A stretch of DNA of 63,741 bases, filler included, from Olpidium bornovanus S191 (Eukaryota; Fungi; Olpidiomycota): the NCBI GenBank assembly GCA_017911155.1. It is 32 parts of 32 records of this genome, joined end to end, with 100 filler letters (N's around TTAATTAATTAA, not from the genome) between each part and the next. Parts side by side here need not be neighbours in the genome. Positions count along the whole stretch, not along the records: positions 22,110 to 24,614 come from JAEFCI010008805.1; positions 24,715 to 26,564 come from JAEFCI010008712.1; positions 26,665 to 29,176 come from JAEFCI010001170.1; positions 29,277 to 30,487 come from JAEFCI010005863.1; positions 30,588 to 31,918 come from JAEFCI010006332.1; positions 32,019 to 33,235 come from JAEFCI010007085.1; positions 33,336 to 35,903 come from JAEFCI010007059.1; 25 more parts are not named here. The stretch is one strand, 5' to 3'. A program made the position numbers and the translations under genes. Of this stretch, positions 23,281 through 35,240 are shown piece by piece. The stretch's first letter is position 1, and the number at the start of each line of letters is the position of its first letter. The notes under the pieces were generated by a model. It did no database searches. It was not told the origin of the DNA and saw only the letters and a list, made by a program, of their open reading frames with translations.

Positions 23281-24050
23281 GGCGCGGCCGTGACCCGGCA
23301 CCGGAAAACCGAAAACCCGAAAACCCAAAAACACAATAACCGGAAACCCGAGTAAGTTCTATGATTCCACACTGGAATCATTAAACCTAGCCAACCCCAA
23401 GCGGCGCTATCCGTTTCAAAAGTATCAGCGGGCGGTTCTTCCACCGGCCTCGACCGGGGTGGGGTGCCGTGGAAGCGGTGGCGGCCGGTTTGTCTCGAGG
23501 GAAAGGAAGGGCGGGCGGATGAGCCGGCGATGACATTAAATCCGCCCACCCTGACAACCGTACGCCCGCCGCCCGCAGGAAGCCCGTAAACAAACAATTC
23601 CCCCCCTCCCACCGCGGGTAAGAAAGACAATCGCTCCCCGCCGAAAAAATTCCTTTCTTCCTCAGACCTTCCCACTCCCTCTCATCTTCCCTCAGCAGGG
23701 TCGCCCGCGGTCCATTTTATACTTTTGGTCCAACGCGAGGGCGATGGCCGGCTGTCGCCTGAGCGTTTATACCCACACTCCGGACCCGGGCGCCCTCCCC
23801 CACGCGTGCGCCCTGTGTTTATACCCCGACGCGGGGTCGAAACCCCTTGTTTCTATCCCTCCTCTCCCCCCAACCATGGGCGCCGCGTTTCTCGCCCCTT
23901 CCCTGTAAGCCTTCTCCTCCCGGCCGGAAAGACTTCAAGACTCTGAAAGGCTTGTCAAGAGTTTGTCCTCCCGCATCCTCTCCCTCCGTCCTCCCTCATC
24001 ATTTCTCTCCCCACTCCCGCCCACATCCCCACACCATTCCTTATGCCCCG

Positions 24051-24430
24051 GGAACTACGTTCCCTCTGATCTCAGGCAACCGGGCACGTAGGCAGCCGAA
24101 ACTCCAGTAGGAGCGTAGGTCCGAGGGCAGCCACCTTTCCCTCCTTCTCCCGTTTGGAACTACGTTTGCTCTGATCACGGCCAACCGGGTACGTAGGCAG
24201 CCAAAACTCCAATAGGAGCGTAGGTCCGAAGGCAGCCACCTTTCCCTCCTTCCTCCGTTTGGAACTACGTTTTCTCTGATCCCGGGCAACTGGCTACGTA
24301 GGCAGCCAACCCCCAGTAGGAGCGTACGTTCGAGGGCAGCCAGCCACCTTTCCCTCCTCCCCCCGATTGAAACTACGTTCTCCCTGATTCCGGCGGCAAC
24401 CGGGCACGTAGCCGAAGCTTTAGTAGGAGC
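24051..24430. repeat. Tandem repeat, about 3.5 copies of a 105-bp unit
   Basis: Unit anchor GGAACTACGT at 24051, 24156, 24261 and a variant at 24369 (periods 105, 105, 108). Confidence 0.93.
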
Positions 24431-24714
24431 GCCGATGGCAAGCAATTTTGTTTCGGTTTTGCTTAGCCCAACGCCTTTTCCGCGTCATAATTTCCCGAAA
24501 CGCTGATGGACTTATGGACAATCAATGGACAACATAATACTCTTTCTTATGTTGTACCACTCAAATTGGGCCCTTAAAATGCCGCTTGCTTTTTGTCGGT
24601 GAGCATAAACATGANNNNNNNNNNNNNNNNNNNNNNNNNNNNNNNNNNNNNNNNNNNNTTAATTAATTAANNNNNNNNNNNNNNNNNNNNNNNNNNNNNN
24701 NNNNNNNNNNNNNN

Positions 24715-24914
24715 CATGATGGGGAACGCGCGGGTCGTCAGGTACCTCGTCGCCGAGTGCGGCGCCGCCGTTGACGCCGGCGACGCTTGGGATTCGTGGA
24801 CGCCGGTATTTTTCGCGGCGAAGGAGGGCCGCGCCGAAGTCGCCAAAATCCTGCTCGAGGCCCGCTGCGACATCCGCAGGAAAGACCGGCTCGGCAGGAC
24901 GCCGCTGGATCTGG
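24715..24914 (+). CDS. Ankyrin-repeat protein, internal exon
   Basis: GNARVVRYLV..GAAVD..D.WDSWTPVFFAAKEGRAEVAKILLEARCDIRRKDRLGRTPLDL, about two ANK repeats; donor GTGAGC at 24915. Confidence 0.85.
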
Positions 24915-27790
24915 GTGAGCGAGAAATATCTGCGGTGTCGAACGCCGGCCGCGGGCGTTACCAAACGTTTGGCCCGAGACCGCGCTTCGCTTTTGGGAAA
25001 GCCGACCTTTCCGTTCTCAAGAACGACGCCAGGTCCACCTGACATTTTTGCCGCCGTGTTTTCGATTCGTCTGACTTCCCCCGTGCGTCGATTTCCCCCG
25101 TTCCTCTGCGCCCCTTCGCACGTGATACAAGCGAAACTATGGAACCGGGAAGAGCTCATTAATATTCTCGGGAGCTAAGATTCTTACGGCAGGATGTTTG
25201 GGAACAGCGAGTGCGACGCAAGCCGGATTGCAGAAGGAGTGACGCAAATACGGACGCCACCCCACGACGGTTGGAGACGCCGCCGGTCCCATTTCCGTAA
25301 TGTGTATTACGGTCCATTGTACGGGCCGCGGCTTGCGCCCGAACAGTGCCGGCTGCCAGGATTTACTGCGAGCGAAGTAATGTCATCTGTCAGAAATCTC
25401 ATCTCAAAGTCTGCGTTGGTCGTCTGTCCTTTTGCAAAGAGAACATTTACAAGTTTGGAGACGCCCAATGACGAGCAAGGGCTGACGTCGGGTAGCGATG
25501 TGGCGCCAGGGAGTTGTGACGGCCATGTCACTTGCGATGTTGTTACGGGCCCTATGTCAGGTGACCGCTCGTGACCTCTGGCGAAACGTTATTTTGCAAA
25601 AGGGAAGGTTTCCTGGCGGGGCAAAAAAACAAAACCAGCGATTTCCATAACAAACAGAAGAACACCGAACAAACGCAAACACCGTGGTACCCCGGACCAG
25701 CCGAAAGCAGCCGGCGGCGCGAGGGGTGCTGGAAGCGCCCCGAACGCGCACCGCCTGGTATCCTCCCGTTTTTCTGCCATCTTCCCGGTGTTTTTCGTCG
25801 TCGGGTCGGGGATGGAGAAGGCCGGATGCCGGCGCCCTGGCTCGAGTGCAACGCGTCACGAAAACAAGACGACGCGTGAAGCAGGACAGGCGACAGCGAC
25901 ATGCCACGGTCCCGCTTTCGTATCTGGGCACCCGTAAGGCACCGCGTTCCGGCTACTGTCGGCTGATAGCGCTGTAGGTACGGCGAGTCGCCTTTTGCGA
26001 CAGAAGCCACAAACAATTCGCGCGTTCGCGGAGTCTGTTCCTTTTCCAGGGCGCTCTTTTCTTTACCCTCCAGCGGCCTTGTCGCGCCTTTCGACCAACG
26101 TGTTTTCTGTATCAAACCCACTCTGTTCCGGTTACTTTTGCCGCTGCGGAATGGTCTCTTTTTGATTTGCTTCTAATAAGGCAGTGTGACACGCCCTTTA
26201 TGCAGATGTGCGCAGGCTCATACTCACCGTCGCGCCCCCGATATGCTGTGAAGCATGGGATGCGCAGTCATTAACCACCCGCGACGGGCCCCATGCCGCC
26301 GAGCGGAAATTTGCAACCTCAAGCACGGGGGACCCTGTCGACGAAATTTTTCAGAACGGTAAGGTAATGGTGGTTTTAATGAGGCGACTAGTCGCAGAAG
26401 CTAGCGAGACGCATTGATGATTAGTCTGCAAACATGATCGTTTATGGCATGATTATGAACTATTCACACATATTCATTTATCCTGAGCGCCTTCGGGGAG
26501 GTTTCGTTATGATGGAAGGACACTGTATACGTTGAACAGTTTGTTTATGCTTTGCCTATTCCCCNNNNNNNNNNNNNNNNNNNNNNNNNNNNNNNNNNNN
26601 NNNNNNNNTTAATTAATTAANNNNNNNNNNNNNNNNNNNNNNNNNNNNNNNNNNNNNNNNNNNNCATGCCGCGCTACTTGGAATATTTGCCCAGCCAGCC
26701 GCCAGTACACTGGATATTGCGCATACGTGGTATACAGCCAGAATAGACACACTATCCAGATCCACAACTTGTTCACCTGGTGCCTGCTGTAGGCCACGCC
26801 TAAATAAGGCACATCTAAAACCATTATCTTTAGAACTCTCGAAAACACAGAAACCCAAAACCAAGCTCCAGAATTCCCAGATTCGGAACTACTTACGAAT
26901 ATAAATCTCCAGACGCGCAGTGCGCAGATTGTGTTTTTTGCTCGTCATTGTGTATACGCGGCATACGGCGGGCGCCAAATTACGGGCATGGTATGGGCCT
27001 GGATAGTACAATCTACTGGGTCACGTACTGGGACACGTACTGGGACATAATATACATTATCACAGGGCCGGTAGGGGAAGCTGGCTCGGAAATACGCTGA
27101 TTGTTACATCTTCGTCGTAGTTCGCCGAAGGCTCCACCATGTTGATGCACGCACTAAGAGGGCCCGGCGCACCGCGCACTAGTTCCGGGACCATAGTCAG
27201 TTCTGGAGTCACCTGACTTGGCGATACGAACTTTATAGGCCCCGCGTCGCCTGACTCCCCAGTAAGGGAAGACGTTTGACTGGCGCGCAGCAAGCGCTAC
27301 GGCAATTCGCCAGGTTAGCCCAGTATGGGTGGGCCCACGGTTATCCTGCGCAATAACTTGGAAGCGCCCCTCAACGCCACCTACAGCCAGGAACGAGTTC
27401 AGGCACGCACTTTGCGGAACGATCGCCCGTGGGCAGGCAGTACACATCTGCCAGTCAGGCTCGAGGCCAAAAACCAATGTTCCTTCAACCGCAATGGCCG
27501 CATCCACCGTGCCCAGATCCACCATAAAAATAGTGTGCCAAATAATGCTAACCAGAGTTCAGGTTTGAATAGTCAATGCCTCCCCGGTGTGATTCACACT
27601 GGGTAATTGTCTTGGCTGGCGGCAAGACAAAGCTTTGAGTTCTCCGAATGAAGCGTGTCACGTGACAGCGACTGGTGGCGGCGCAAGCTACACACCTCCC
27701 ACTCACACGAAAAAAAAAGAAAAGAAAAAAAAAAAAAACACAAAATAAAGGAAGCGTTGCTCACACGGTCGACGACCAGGGCAACAGACC

Positions 27791-29159
27791 ATGTGAGTCG
27801 GGTGCACCCCTGCAGCCAGCCGCGGCTTTCCGCTCGCCGTTTGCTGCTCGCATTTTTGCCCTCTTCTCTCGCGCTGCACCTGCACCCTTTCGTCAAACGG
27901 GGAGAAAGAGCAGCGAGTCGGATCTCCTTTCGCACCCTCCCGGGGACCGGGCGTCCCCGTCTACTTTTGAACGCCGACCCGTAACACTCCTCTCTCCAGG
28001 GTTTCGCTACTTGGCCAGAAGCGGCTTGCTGCTTCCGTTCTCAAGTGCGGTCGGCGCAAGATTTGGTTTGACCCTAGCGAGGTCAGCAAAATCTCCAACG
28101 CAAACTCTCGTAAGTGAAAAGCCGCCGTCGGTCGAACCACTTTGGACGCGCGCGGGGTTCCTCGGCCCGCAGCGGGCTCCGTCGCGGGAGCGGAATTTGG
28201 AGTGCTGTTCGCCGCGTTTTTGTGGTTTGCTGGGGAGAAGGAGCCGTGGTTTCGTCGGTCCTCGCTCGGAGCGCCCGCACAACCAACGTCTGACATTTTG
28301 GCGCTTCGCGTTCCGCAGGCCGCAACGTCCGCAAGCTCATCGACGACGGCCTCATCATCAAGAAGCCGCATGCCATCCACTCGCGCTTCCGCGTGCGCCG
28401 GAACGCCGCCGCGAAGCGCAAGGGCCGCCACACCGGCACCGGTAAGCGCCGCGGTACGGCTGAGGCGCGCATGCCCTCTCAGGTGCTCTGGATGCGCCGC
28501 CAGCGGGTTCTGCGCCGCCTGCTGCGCAAGTACCGTGAGTCCGGCAAGATTGACAAGCACATGTACCACGACCTGTACATGAAGTCGAAGGGTAACGTCT
28601 TCAAAAACAAGCGGGTCCTGATGGAGTGAGTGCGACCTCATGTTTTTTTCGCGCGCGCGCGCTGCGCACCGGGGGACGTCGCCGGTTATTTACGTACGTC
28701 GGATAGTTAATCGATCTTTTTCGCCGAATGTTTGTCAGGTACATCCACAAGGCCAAGGCGGAGAAGGCTCGCGTCAAGAACATCGCGTATGTTTTTTGCC
28801 GCCGTTCGTTTCCCTCATCGCGCCTTTATTGCCCTCCCGGCGTTTTTTTTTAAGTTTGCACGTCACGCGTCCCCCGTCCCGCCGCTCCTTTTGCAAATGA
28901 CCGCTTTCTGTTTGCCTTCCCTCTTTTGCTGGAACTACTACGTTTCGGCAGTGACCAGGCCGAAGCGCACCGCCAGAAGGCCAAGGCAGCCCGCGAGCGC
29001 CGCCGGACTCGCCTTGCCGAGAAGAGGGATACGGCCCTTGCCGAGTATTCTGCCAAGGCCGACGAAACTGCTCCTGTGGCGCTGCCCTCCAAGGCTGAGA
29101 AGAAGGATGCTGCCGCGCCGTCTGTCTCAGAAAAGGAGAAGAAGAAGAGCAAGAAATAA
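27791..29159 (+). CDS. RPL19: 60S ribosomal protein eL19, complete, 5 exons
   Basis: Exons 27791-27792 (AT), 28000-28109, 28319-28625, 28739-28786, 28952-29159. [38 protein letters not shown] and [23 protein letters not shown]. Confidence 0.98.
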
Positions 29160-30198
29160 TTGATGAAACTCATGTANNNNNNNNNNNNNNNNNNNNNNNN
29201 NNNNNNNNNNNNNNNNNNNNTTAATTAATTAANNNNNNNNNNNNNNNNNNNNNNNNNNNNNNNNNNNNNNNNNNNNCATGCTGGTCGTGGGGGGGGGAAG
29301 CGGGGCCCTCCGCCATCGGCCGCGCCCCCCCATCCGGGACTCGATAGGCCACCGGCCACACCGTCTCAGTATCGGGCGCACCACCCGGGGATTCGTCCGT
29401 CGACAGCATCGTCGTCCGGAATCTCGACTGGTGATCTCACGCCTTTCGGGGTCTAAATGTCGACGGCACCACTTTTTGGCGCCCGTGGCAATTCGCACAA
29501 ATTCGTTCGGCACTCACGCCGGTCGATTCTATTTTACCGTATCCCCTTACCCGCCTCGCTCACGTGGTATGCTGCACATGTTGGAATACGGTGGATTGCC
29601 CTTCAAAGTTTTTTTTTTTTTTTTTCCCTTTCCTCCCTCTCCTTTACGCTCCGCCCCAAAGAGTAACAAACAAAACAAGGAAAACGAAACGCCGCGATGG
29701 GTTGACCTCCGGGTGCTTTTTCAAATTGAGATTCACAACAAGGAAGGTGGCTCGGGGGAAAAGAGGGGTGGCGGGGTGGGAGGGTGGGCGTGGGCGGCCG
29801 GGGAAGGGGGAGGGCGGCGGCGGTCAGTGGAGGAAACTATTCCCATTGACGGATGGCATTCAGTTATGTTCTTTGATACATGATCGCGGACCCGTTGCCC
29901 CTATCTTCGGGCACCGCAAGATGTCAGACTGCCGTTTGGCGCCCTGTCTCGGAGTCTCGAGCAGCGAGCACGCCGATCCCAGCCTCCCTCGGGCGTTTAT
30001 CTGAAGACTGTTCTGTATATTCCAAATGCAACTCAACCCTGCTCCGATTTCGACGGAAAAACATCGTCGCCCCCAGCAGAGCATTTCAGCGTGGTTGACC
30101 CGGTTACTTGGCTCCGTCAACGAACAGCGCGGCCAAAAGACTACAAAAAAAAAGGGTGTCCCCGGTCCAAGACACGGTTCGTCCACGCTTTCCGGCCG

Positions 30199-30487
30199 TC
30201 ACTTCCTTCTTTTCGCCGCTTCGCCCTCGTCGGGCAACTGCAAATCCATTATGACCTGGCGCTCCTCCTCGGTCAGAGTCTTGAACAGGCCGCCGCCGAT
30301 CAAGTTGCCGTACTTCTTTTTCAGCGCAGACCGTTTTCGCGACACGTCCTCCGCGTCGTCGATGTCCATGGGTGTCTCGTTGTGTTGTGCGGGGAGCGGT
30401 TGTTGACGCGCCTGCGGCGACGACCGGAGCTCGTCGGCCGCGAAGGATTTTACGCAGTTCTTGGAACGAGAACAGGCGCGGATCAGG
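30199..30487 (-). CDS. Last exon of an unidentified conserved-looking protein
   Basis: Open frame from the contig edge: LIRACSRSKNCVKSF...KRSALKKKYGNLIGGGLFKTLTEEERQVIMDL...KRRK*. Missing from the ORF track because it has no start codon. Confidence 0.5.
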
Positions 30488-31126
30488 NNNNNNNNNNNNN
30501 NNNNNNNNNNNNNNNNNNNNNNNNNNNNNNNTTAATTAATTAANNNNNNNNNNNNNNNNNNNNNNNNNNNNNNNNNNNNNNNNNNNNCATGCAGTTGCCG
30601 CGGACGCGAATCATTCCTGCTCCCATCGTTTTAGATGGTGTTCCAAAGACTCGCGCTATGACGTTTTGAAGTGTACTCCGAAAATCATCTTTTGAAGTCT
30701 TTGGGCTCATAACCTCTGGAGAAAGGCATTGGACGGTGACAACGGTGGCGCCTCTACGGTGCAACTTTTCCTTGCATTGGTTTTTTTGGGGACGTCGGAG
30801 GAGAGACGGTCTCCGGCGGAGTGGCAGGGGGTTTTCCCCCCCCCGCACACGCAAATAAAGAAGTCACGTGATTCGATTCAACAACTGCCCCGCGCCACAC
30901 CGGGCTGTTTCCTTCCCGCCTCTGCTTCCCACCTTCCCCGCCCGCCCGCACCGCCTTTTGGCAGAGACAACTCACCGGCCCTTCCCCCCCCACCTCCGCA
31001 CTCTTTTCCCCTCCCGGGACGAAAGAAAAAAAAAAAAAAAAGGAACCCCCCCCCCGGCGCCCCCCCCCCCCCCCCCCCCCCCCGCTCCTCCCCCCCGGCT
31101 CCTCCCCCCCCTCAAAAAAAAAAAAA

Positions 31127-31824
31127 ATGTCCGTTAACTACCTGACCGCCGTGAAGGCGCGCCGGACGTTCTACAACATCACCAAGAACTGCCCGATCCC
31201 CAGCGCGCGCGTCGTCGAGATCGTCAAGGAGGCCGTCTTGCACACGCCTTCGTCCTTCAACTCGCAGTCCGGCAGGGCCCTCGTCCTTTTCGGCAAGGAA
31301 CACGACAAGCTGTGGGACGGCGTCAAAGTTGGTGTGTAAGGGGGAGTGGGCGGAGGCCTGTGCGCGACTCGGGGGGCAACGAGCGCTTGCTTTTGAAGCG
31401 GAAAGTCCGGCCGGGGAGGCAGGGGAGAGGGGGGAGGGGGGGAAGGAGGAAAAGCGCTTTTTTTGGCGCTGGAAAGGGAAATTTAAGGGACTCTTCATCT
31501 GATCCCCTCGTTTTTTATCGCCGCTGTTCTGTAACAAGTGCTGAAGCCCCTTACTTCCGAGGAAAAGTACCCGGAAACCGTCAACAAAATTGACGGGTCG
31601 TTTAAGGCCGGCTACGGTACTGTCCTTTTTTTTGAGGACCAGCGTCCGATCCAGGCCATGCAGCAGAAATTCCCCGCGTACCAAGGTCCGATGGTGTGAT
31701 TCCGCCATCCGTCCACCCCCCCCCCGCCCCGTCCCCGCGATCACCCGAACACCGTCTTAACGCGATTCGAAATGTTTTGGATTTTTGTCAGATCAATTCC
31801 CCAAGTGGAGTGAGAACTCTGCCG
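31127..31824 (+). CDS. HBN1: Type II nitroreductase-like protein (Hbn1/Frm2 family), 3'-truncated
   Basis: Exons 31127-31331, 31539-31685, 31792-31824. RRTFY, HTPSSFNSQSGRALVLFGKEHDKLWD, FKAGYGTVLFFEDQ and FP.WSE. Confidence 0.88.
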
Positions 31825-32986
31825 GTGGGTTTGCGAAACTGAGATGACGTTTCTGCTGTTGTTGCAAAAAAAAACTGCCGGTTTTCCACAGCGATTTTCG
31901 CGGTGTCAGTACCATGACNNNNNNNNNNNNNNNNNNNNNNNNNNNNNNNNNNNNNNNNNNNNTTAATTAATTAANNNNNNNNNNNNNNNNNNNNNNNNNN
32001 NNNNNNNNNNNNNNNNNNCATGACGCGGGAGAAGCCAGTGACAGAGACGTTTTCTAGGGCCGAGCAGGTTAAAAGCATTGCTCAGATGCTTTGCTCAGAT
32101 GGTACACAAACAAACGACGGACCTCAACAATCCACAGGACAAGCAGATGCAATCAACTGCTTGTCTAAAGAAGAATAATTTTCGTCTTTAGTACTTACAG
32201 CAAATTTGTATGCTTTCCAAGGGGATACGCATTCCGAGCGGATGTGTTCAGCGTGGCAAGTCTGTACGACCTCAATGGCGAGCTCTGCTCCTCATTTGAG
32301 CCCGCCAAGTATTGTATTGACCAAACATTGTCATTTCACGTGACTTGACCGTACGCCGACAGATGTCTGTGCAAAAAGCGCCGACACACGTGAACCCCAG
32401 TGAAAAGCTTTCGTTTCGATGTCAGCAACGCGGTTTTCGCAATCTACGTGGATGGCATTAGGCTGTACGCCACATCGAGGGAGGTTCTCAAGCATTCCAC
32501 ATGAGATGCATTGGATATGCAAACTACGGGCAAGGGAAGCATGTGACACGCGATTTGTGTGCCTAAAATTTTCTTGAAACGCTGTGGCATGTCCATATAG
32601 AAGGGGCCGCAGATGCAGCCGGGGACCAGGCTTGAGTAAAATGGGCGGCGGCGGATATGAGCCGTCATACGACCGGCCAAAGCTCGGTTACCTGCGTTGT
32701 GTTTGGCACTAGACGATGATGTCTGCGTCGAGCCGTTCGACCTAGCATTTGAGAACAGTCGGTTGCCTGGAGCACCATATCTCGCAGCTTCCCCACAACC
32801 CCACCCCACCCCCAAGTAAGGCTGGGAAGCCGTAAAGAGACGGCCGCAGTGCGGACAAGTTTATAACTTGCAACCGCACCCCTGCACACTCTCGTCCCGG
32901 TCGGATTTGCGGCGCCGCTGTGGGACCGCTCGCAGGACAATGCGACTTGTCCTCCGACGGTTGCGAACACAACACGCCGCCGGGAT

Positions 32987-33025
<39 letters not shown>

Positions 33026-33157
33026 AGGGGGGGGCGGGGGGGGGAGGGGGGGGGGGGGGGGGGGGTTGCCAAAAAAAAAAAAAAAAAAAAGAAAAACATT
33101 CCTCGTCCTCCGCGACCGTCGCACACCACAACACCCCGAATTTCCCCCCTTCCACCG

Positions 33158-33188
<31 letters not shown>

Positions 33189-33335
33189 CGCCGTCCCCCC
33201 CCATCCTCTATAGCCTCCCGCTCGAGGCCCGGGGGNNNNNNNNNNNNNNNNNNNNNNNNNNNNNNNNNNNNNNNNNNNNTTAATTAATTAANNNNNNNNN
33301 NNNNNNNNNNNNNNNNNNNNNNNNNNNNNNNNNNN

Positions 33336-33700
33336 CATGTTGCCTTGGTAATGTACTGTGCTTTGCTGCGGTGTGGCTTCTTCGTGGTGCGCCTTTGCTG
33401 CTGCCGGGTGCGCGGGTTGTCGTTACGAATGGCGGTCGATATGAGGTCCGAAGCCAGGTATAACCAAAAAATTTTGTGGGACATCTTAGCGATGTCTTTT
33501 GTTATAAATATGCGATAGCTGTTCACAATCGCAGTGTCGAGTAACCAGAAGAACAGTTTCAATCCATGTGCGGTTTACCGCAAGCTGCGTGCAGTAGTAT
33601 GCGCGGTATTGGCCGCTAACGTCGACTCCGCTCATGTGGTGGTCGTAATCATCGATAATTCTCGGGATTAGCAGCTCCTGCGCTCCTGCGATCCTGCGCT
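33336..33700 (-). mobile_element. piggyBac transposase remnant (frameshifted)
   Basis: IPRIIDDYDHHMSGVDVSGQYRAYY..RTW, then a 1-nt frameshift at about 33565 into KLFFWLLDTAIVNSYRIF..SHKIFWLYLASDL. This is the piggyBac P.ii.dYN..MGGVD..DQ / KLFF.LLD..IVNS block. Confidence 0.8.
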
Positions 33701-35118
33701 TGCGTCGCCTGGTTCATCTCCTGCCATTTGAACCGCAGCAAATTGAGCTTTTTTCGGACGTTTTCGCTTCTTTCAAACGCTTGCGCTTACCACTTACCTC
33801 CTGCGACTGCCGCAGCAATCTCAGTTTTTGTCCGACGTTTTCGCTTCTTCAAATCTCTGCCGTGCTTGCGTTTTTGAGCTGTTTGCCATGCAGAATCGGC
33901 AGTGAAAGGAGAAGAAGACATGTTGCTTGAGAGCGTCCTGGAAAGCTAAATGATACGTCCAGCGTATCAGTCTTGTTCGTTGTTCATCGTTCACTTTCTA
34001 TCTACACAACGTCGGAGACATCCCTTTAATTTACGCTCTGGTTCTGCCGAACTCTCCGGCGGTGGCGTTTCATCTCTCTCCATGTGGGAGATCGCCAGGG
34101 ATTGGATATCTCGAGCCATGTGTTCTCTATTGAGTTGGTGGGTGAGCCAATAATGGTTTTACCATCTCCAATTTCTGGCTCGAAGATCCAGAAAAATTAG
34201 CTGCAGCTAGCTGATGTCCTAAAGTACAACTTCTACTAAGCAATAGTGGGGGGTCTATAAAGGCGGTTGGCGAGCATTTTAGACATTTGTGTCCAAAAAT
34301 AGCAGACACCCGTGTCTGTAAAGCGGTCAAAGGGATAACAATTCCTGCGTGTCGTGGAAACACGTAAAGCAATGAAAGGATAACTCTTTCATCCCGGAAG
34401 CGGAGCCCCGTTGCTGCTTCCGTGGATGAGAGAGCTCATAATTTTTCTTGCGCCGCAAATTGTGCTCGCACGTTTGCCGTTTTCGCCTGCTGACGTGTGA
34501 AAGTCACAAAAAAGGCTCCGAAGAAAAAAGATGAGCCGGACACCGGGACGTCCGCCGGAGAGGAGCGAATTCAACGTCTTGGCGCCCGTGGGGGGAAGAA
34601 GCGAGTTCGTCGACTTGACGAAGAAGCGAACTTTGCGGCTGGACGCCGGCGGAGGAGGACCGAGCTCGACGCCGCGACGGCAGGCAACGGAGCGACTGTG
34701 GCGGCAGTCAGGTATGCAAAGCGGACACAGAAGACCCGCGGATGGCAGACGCCGGACGTGCGGGCGGAGGAGGGGGGGGGGGGCGAACAGCAACCCGAGC
34801 CGACGTGGCAAAGCTGCGAGAGGGGTGGTGAAGAGACCACAAGGTGCAAGCCCCTCGTGGGAAACAAGGAAACTGCGGGAAATAGAACAAAGCGATTGTA
34901 TAACCGCCAATTAGCACACTAGCATCATCACACTGTACATGCAACCAGGCGGCATTATTGCATGTTGAGAAGGCGGGCTTCCAAAGGATACAGTGCTGGG
35001 CACTTGGAACCAGCGCCGCGGACTGATCGTGTGAATAATTATAGTGCTAGTAATAAAATACATTGCCCCTGTGGTAATGGTGGCAGTGCCGGCGAATGTG
35101 CGAGGGCAGTGCCGGCGC

Positions 35119-35240
35119 ATGTTCGCATTGCCCGGATGTTCGCATGTTCGCATGTTCGCATGTTCGCATTGCCCGGGGGGTGGGGCGACAGGGGGAGCGG
35201 GGCGCGGAGGTCCCCGCCGGCGGGGCTCGCGAATATAAAA
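35119..35240 (+). promoter_or_regulatory. ATGTTCGC 8-mer array upstream of a TATA box (putative promoter)
   Basis: Four tandem 8-mers at 35136-35167 plus one at 35119, TATAAAA at 35234-35240, then a CT-rich tract. The downstream gene was not identified. Confidence 0.3.

Noticed and set aside
23361-23390. Hairpin ATGATTCCA-CAC-TGGAATCAT followed by CTAG, suggesting a Helitron 3' end
   Set aside because: The stem is AT-rich, the gap to CTAG is only 5 nt, the next base is C rather than T, and no RepHel or 5' TC end is identifiable.
22560-23675. Long His-rich, Cys-rich and collagen-like ORFs
   Set aside because: All six frames are open simply because the 9-mer contains no stop, so none can be supported as a gene.
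22482-24430. CRISPR-like reading of the 23-bp and 105-bp repeats
   Set aside because: There are only two full 23-bp copies with a self-similar spacer, the 105-bp units are contiguous with no unique spacers, there are no cas genes, and the context is eukaryotic.
26665-27600. Short ORFs upstream of RPL19, and similar ones at 32019-32870, 52551-53834 and 62712-63300
   Set aside because: I found no consistent spliced frame or recognisable motif, so these are left unannotated.
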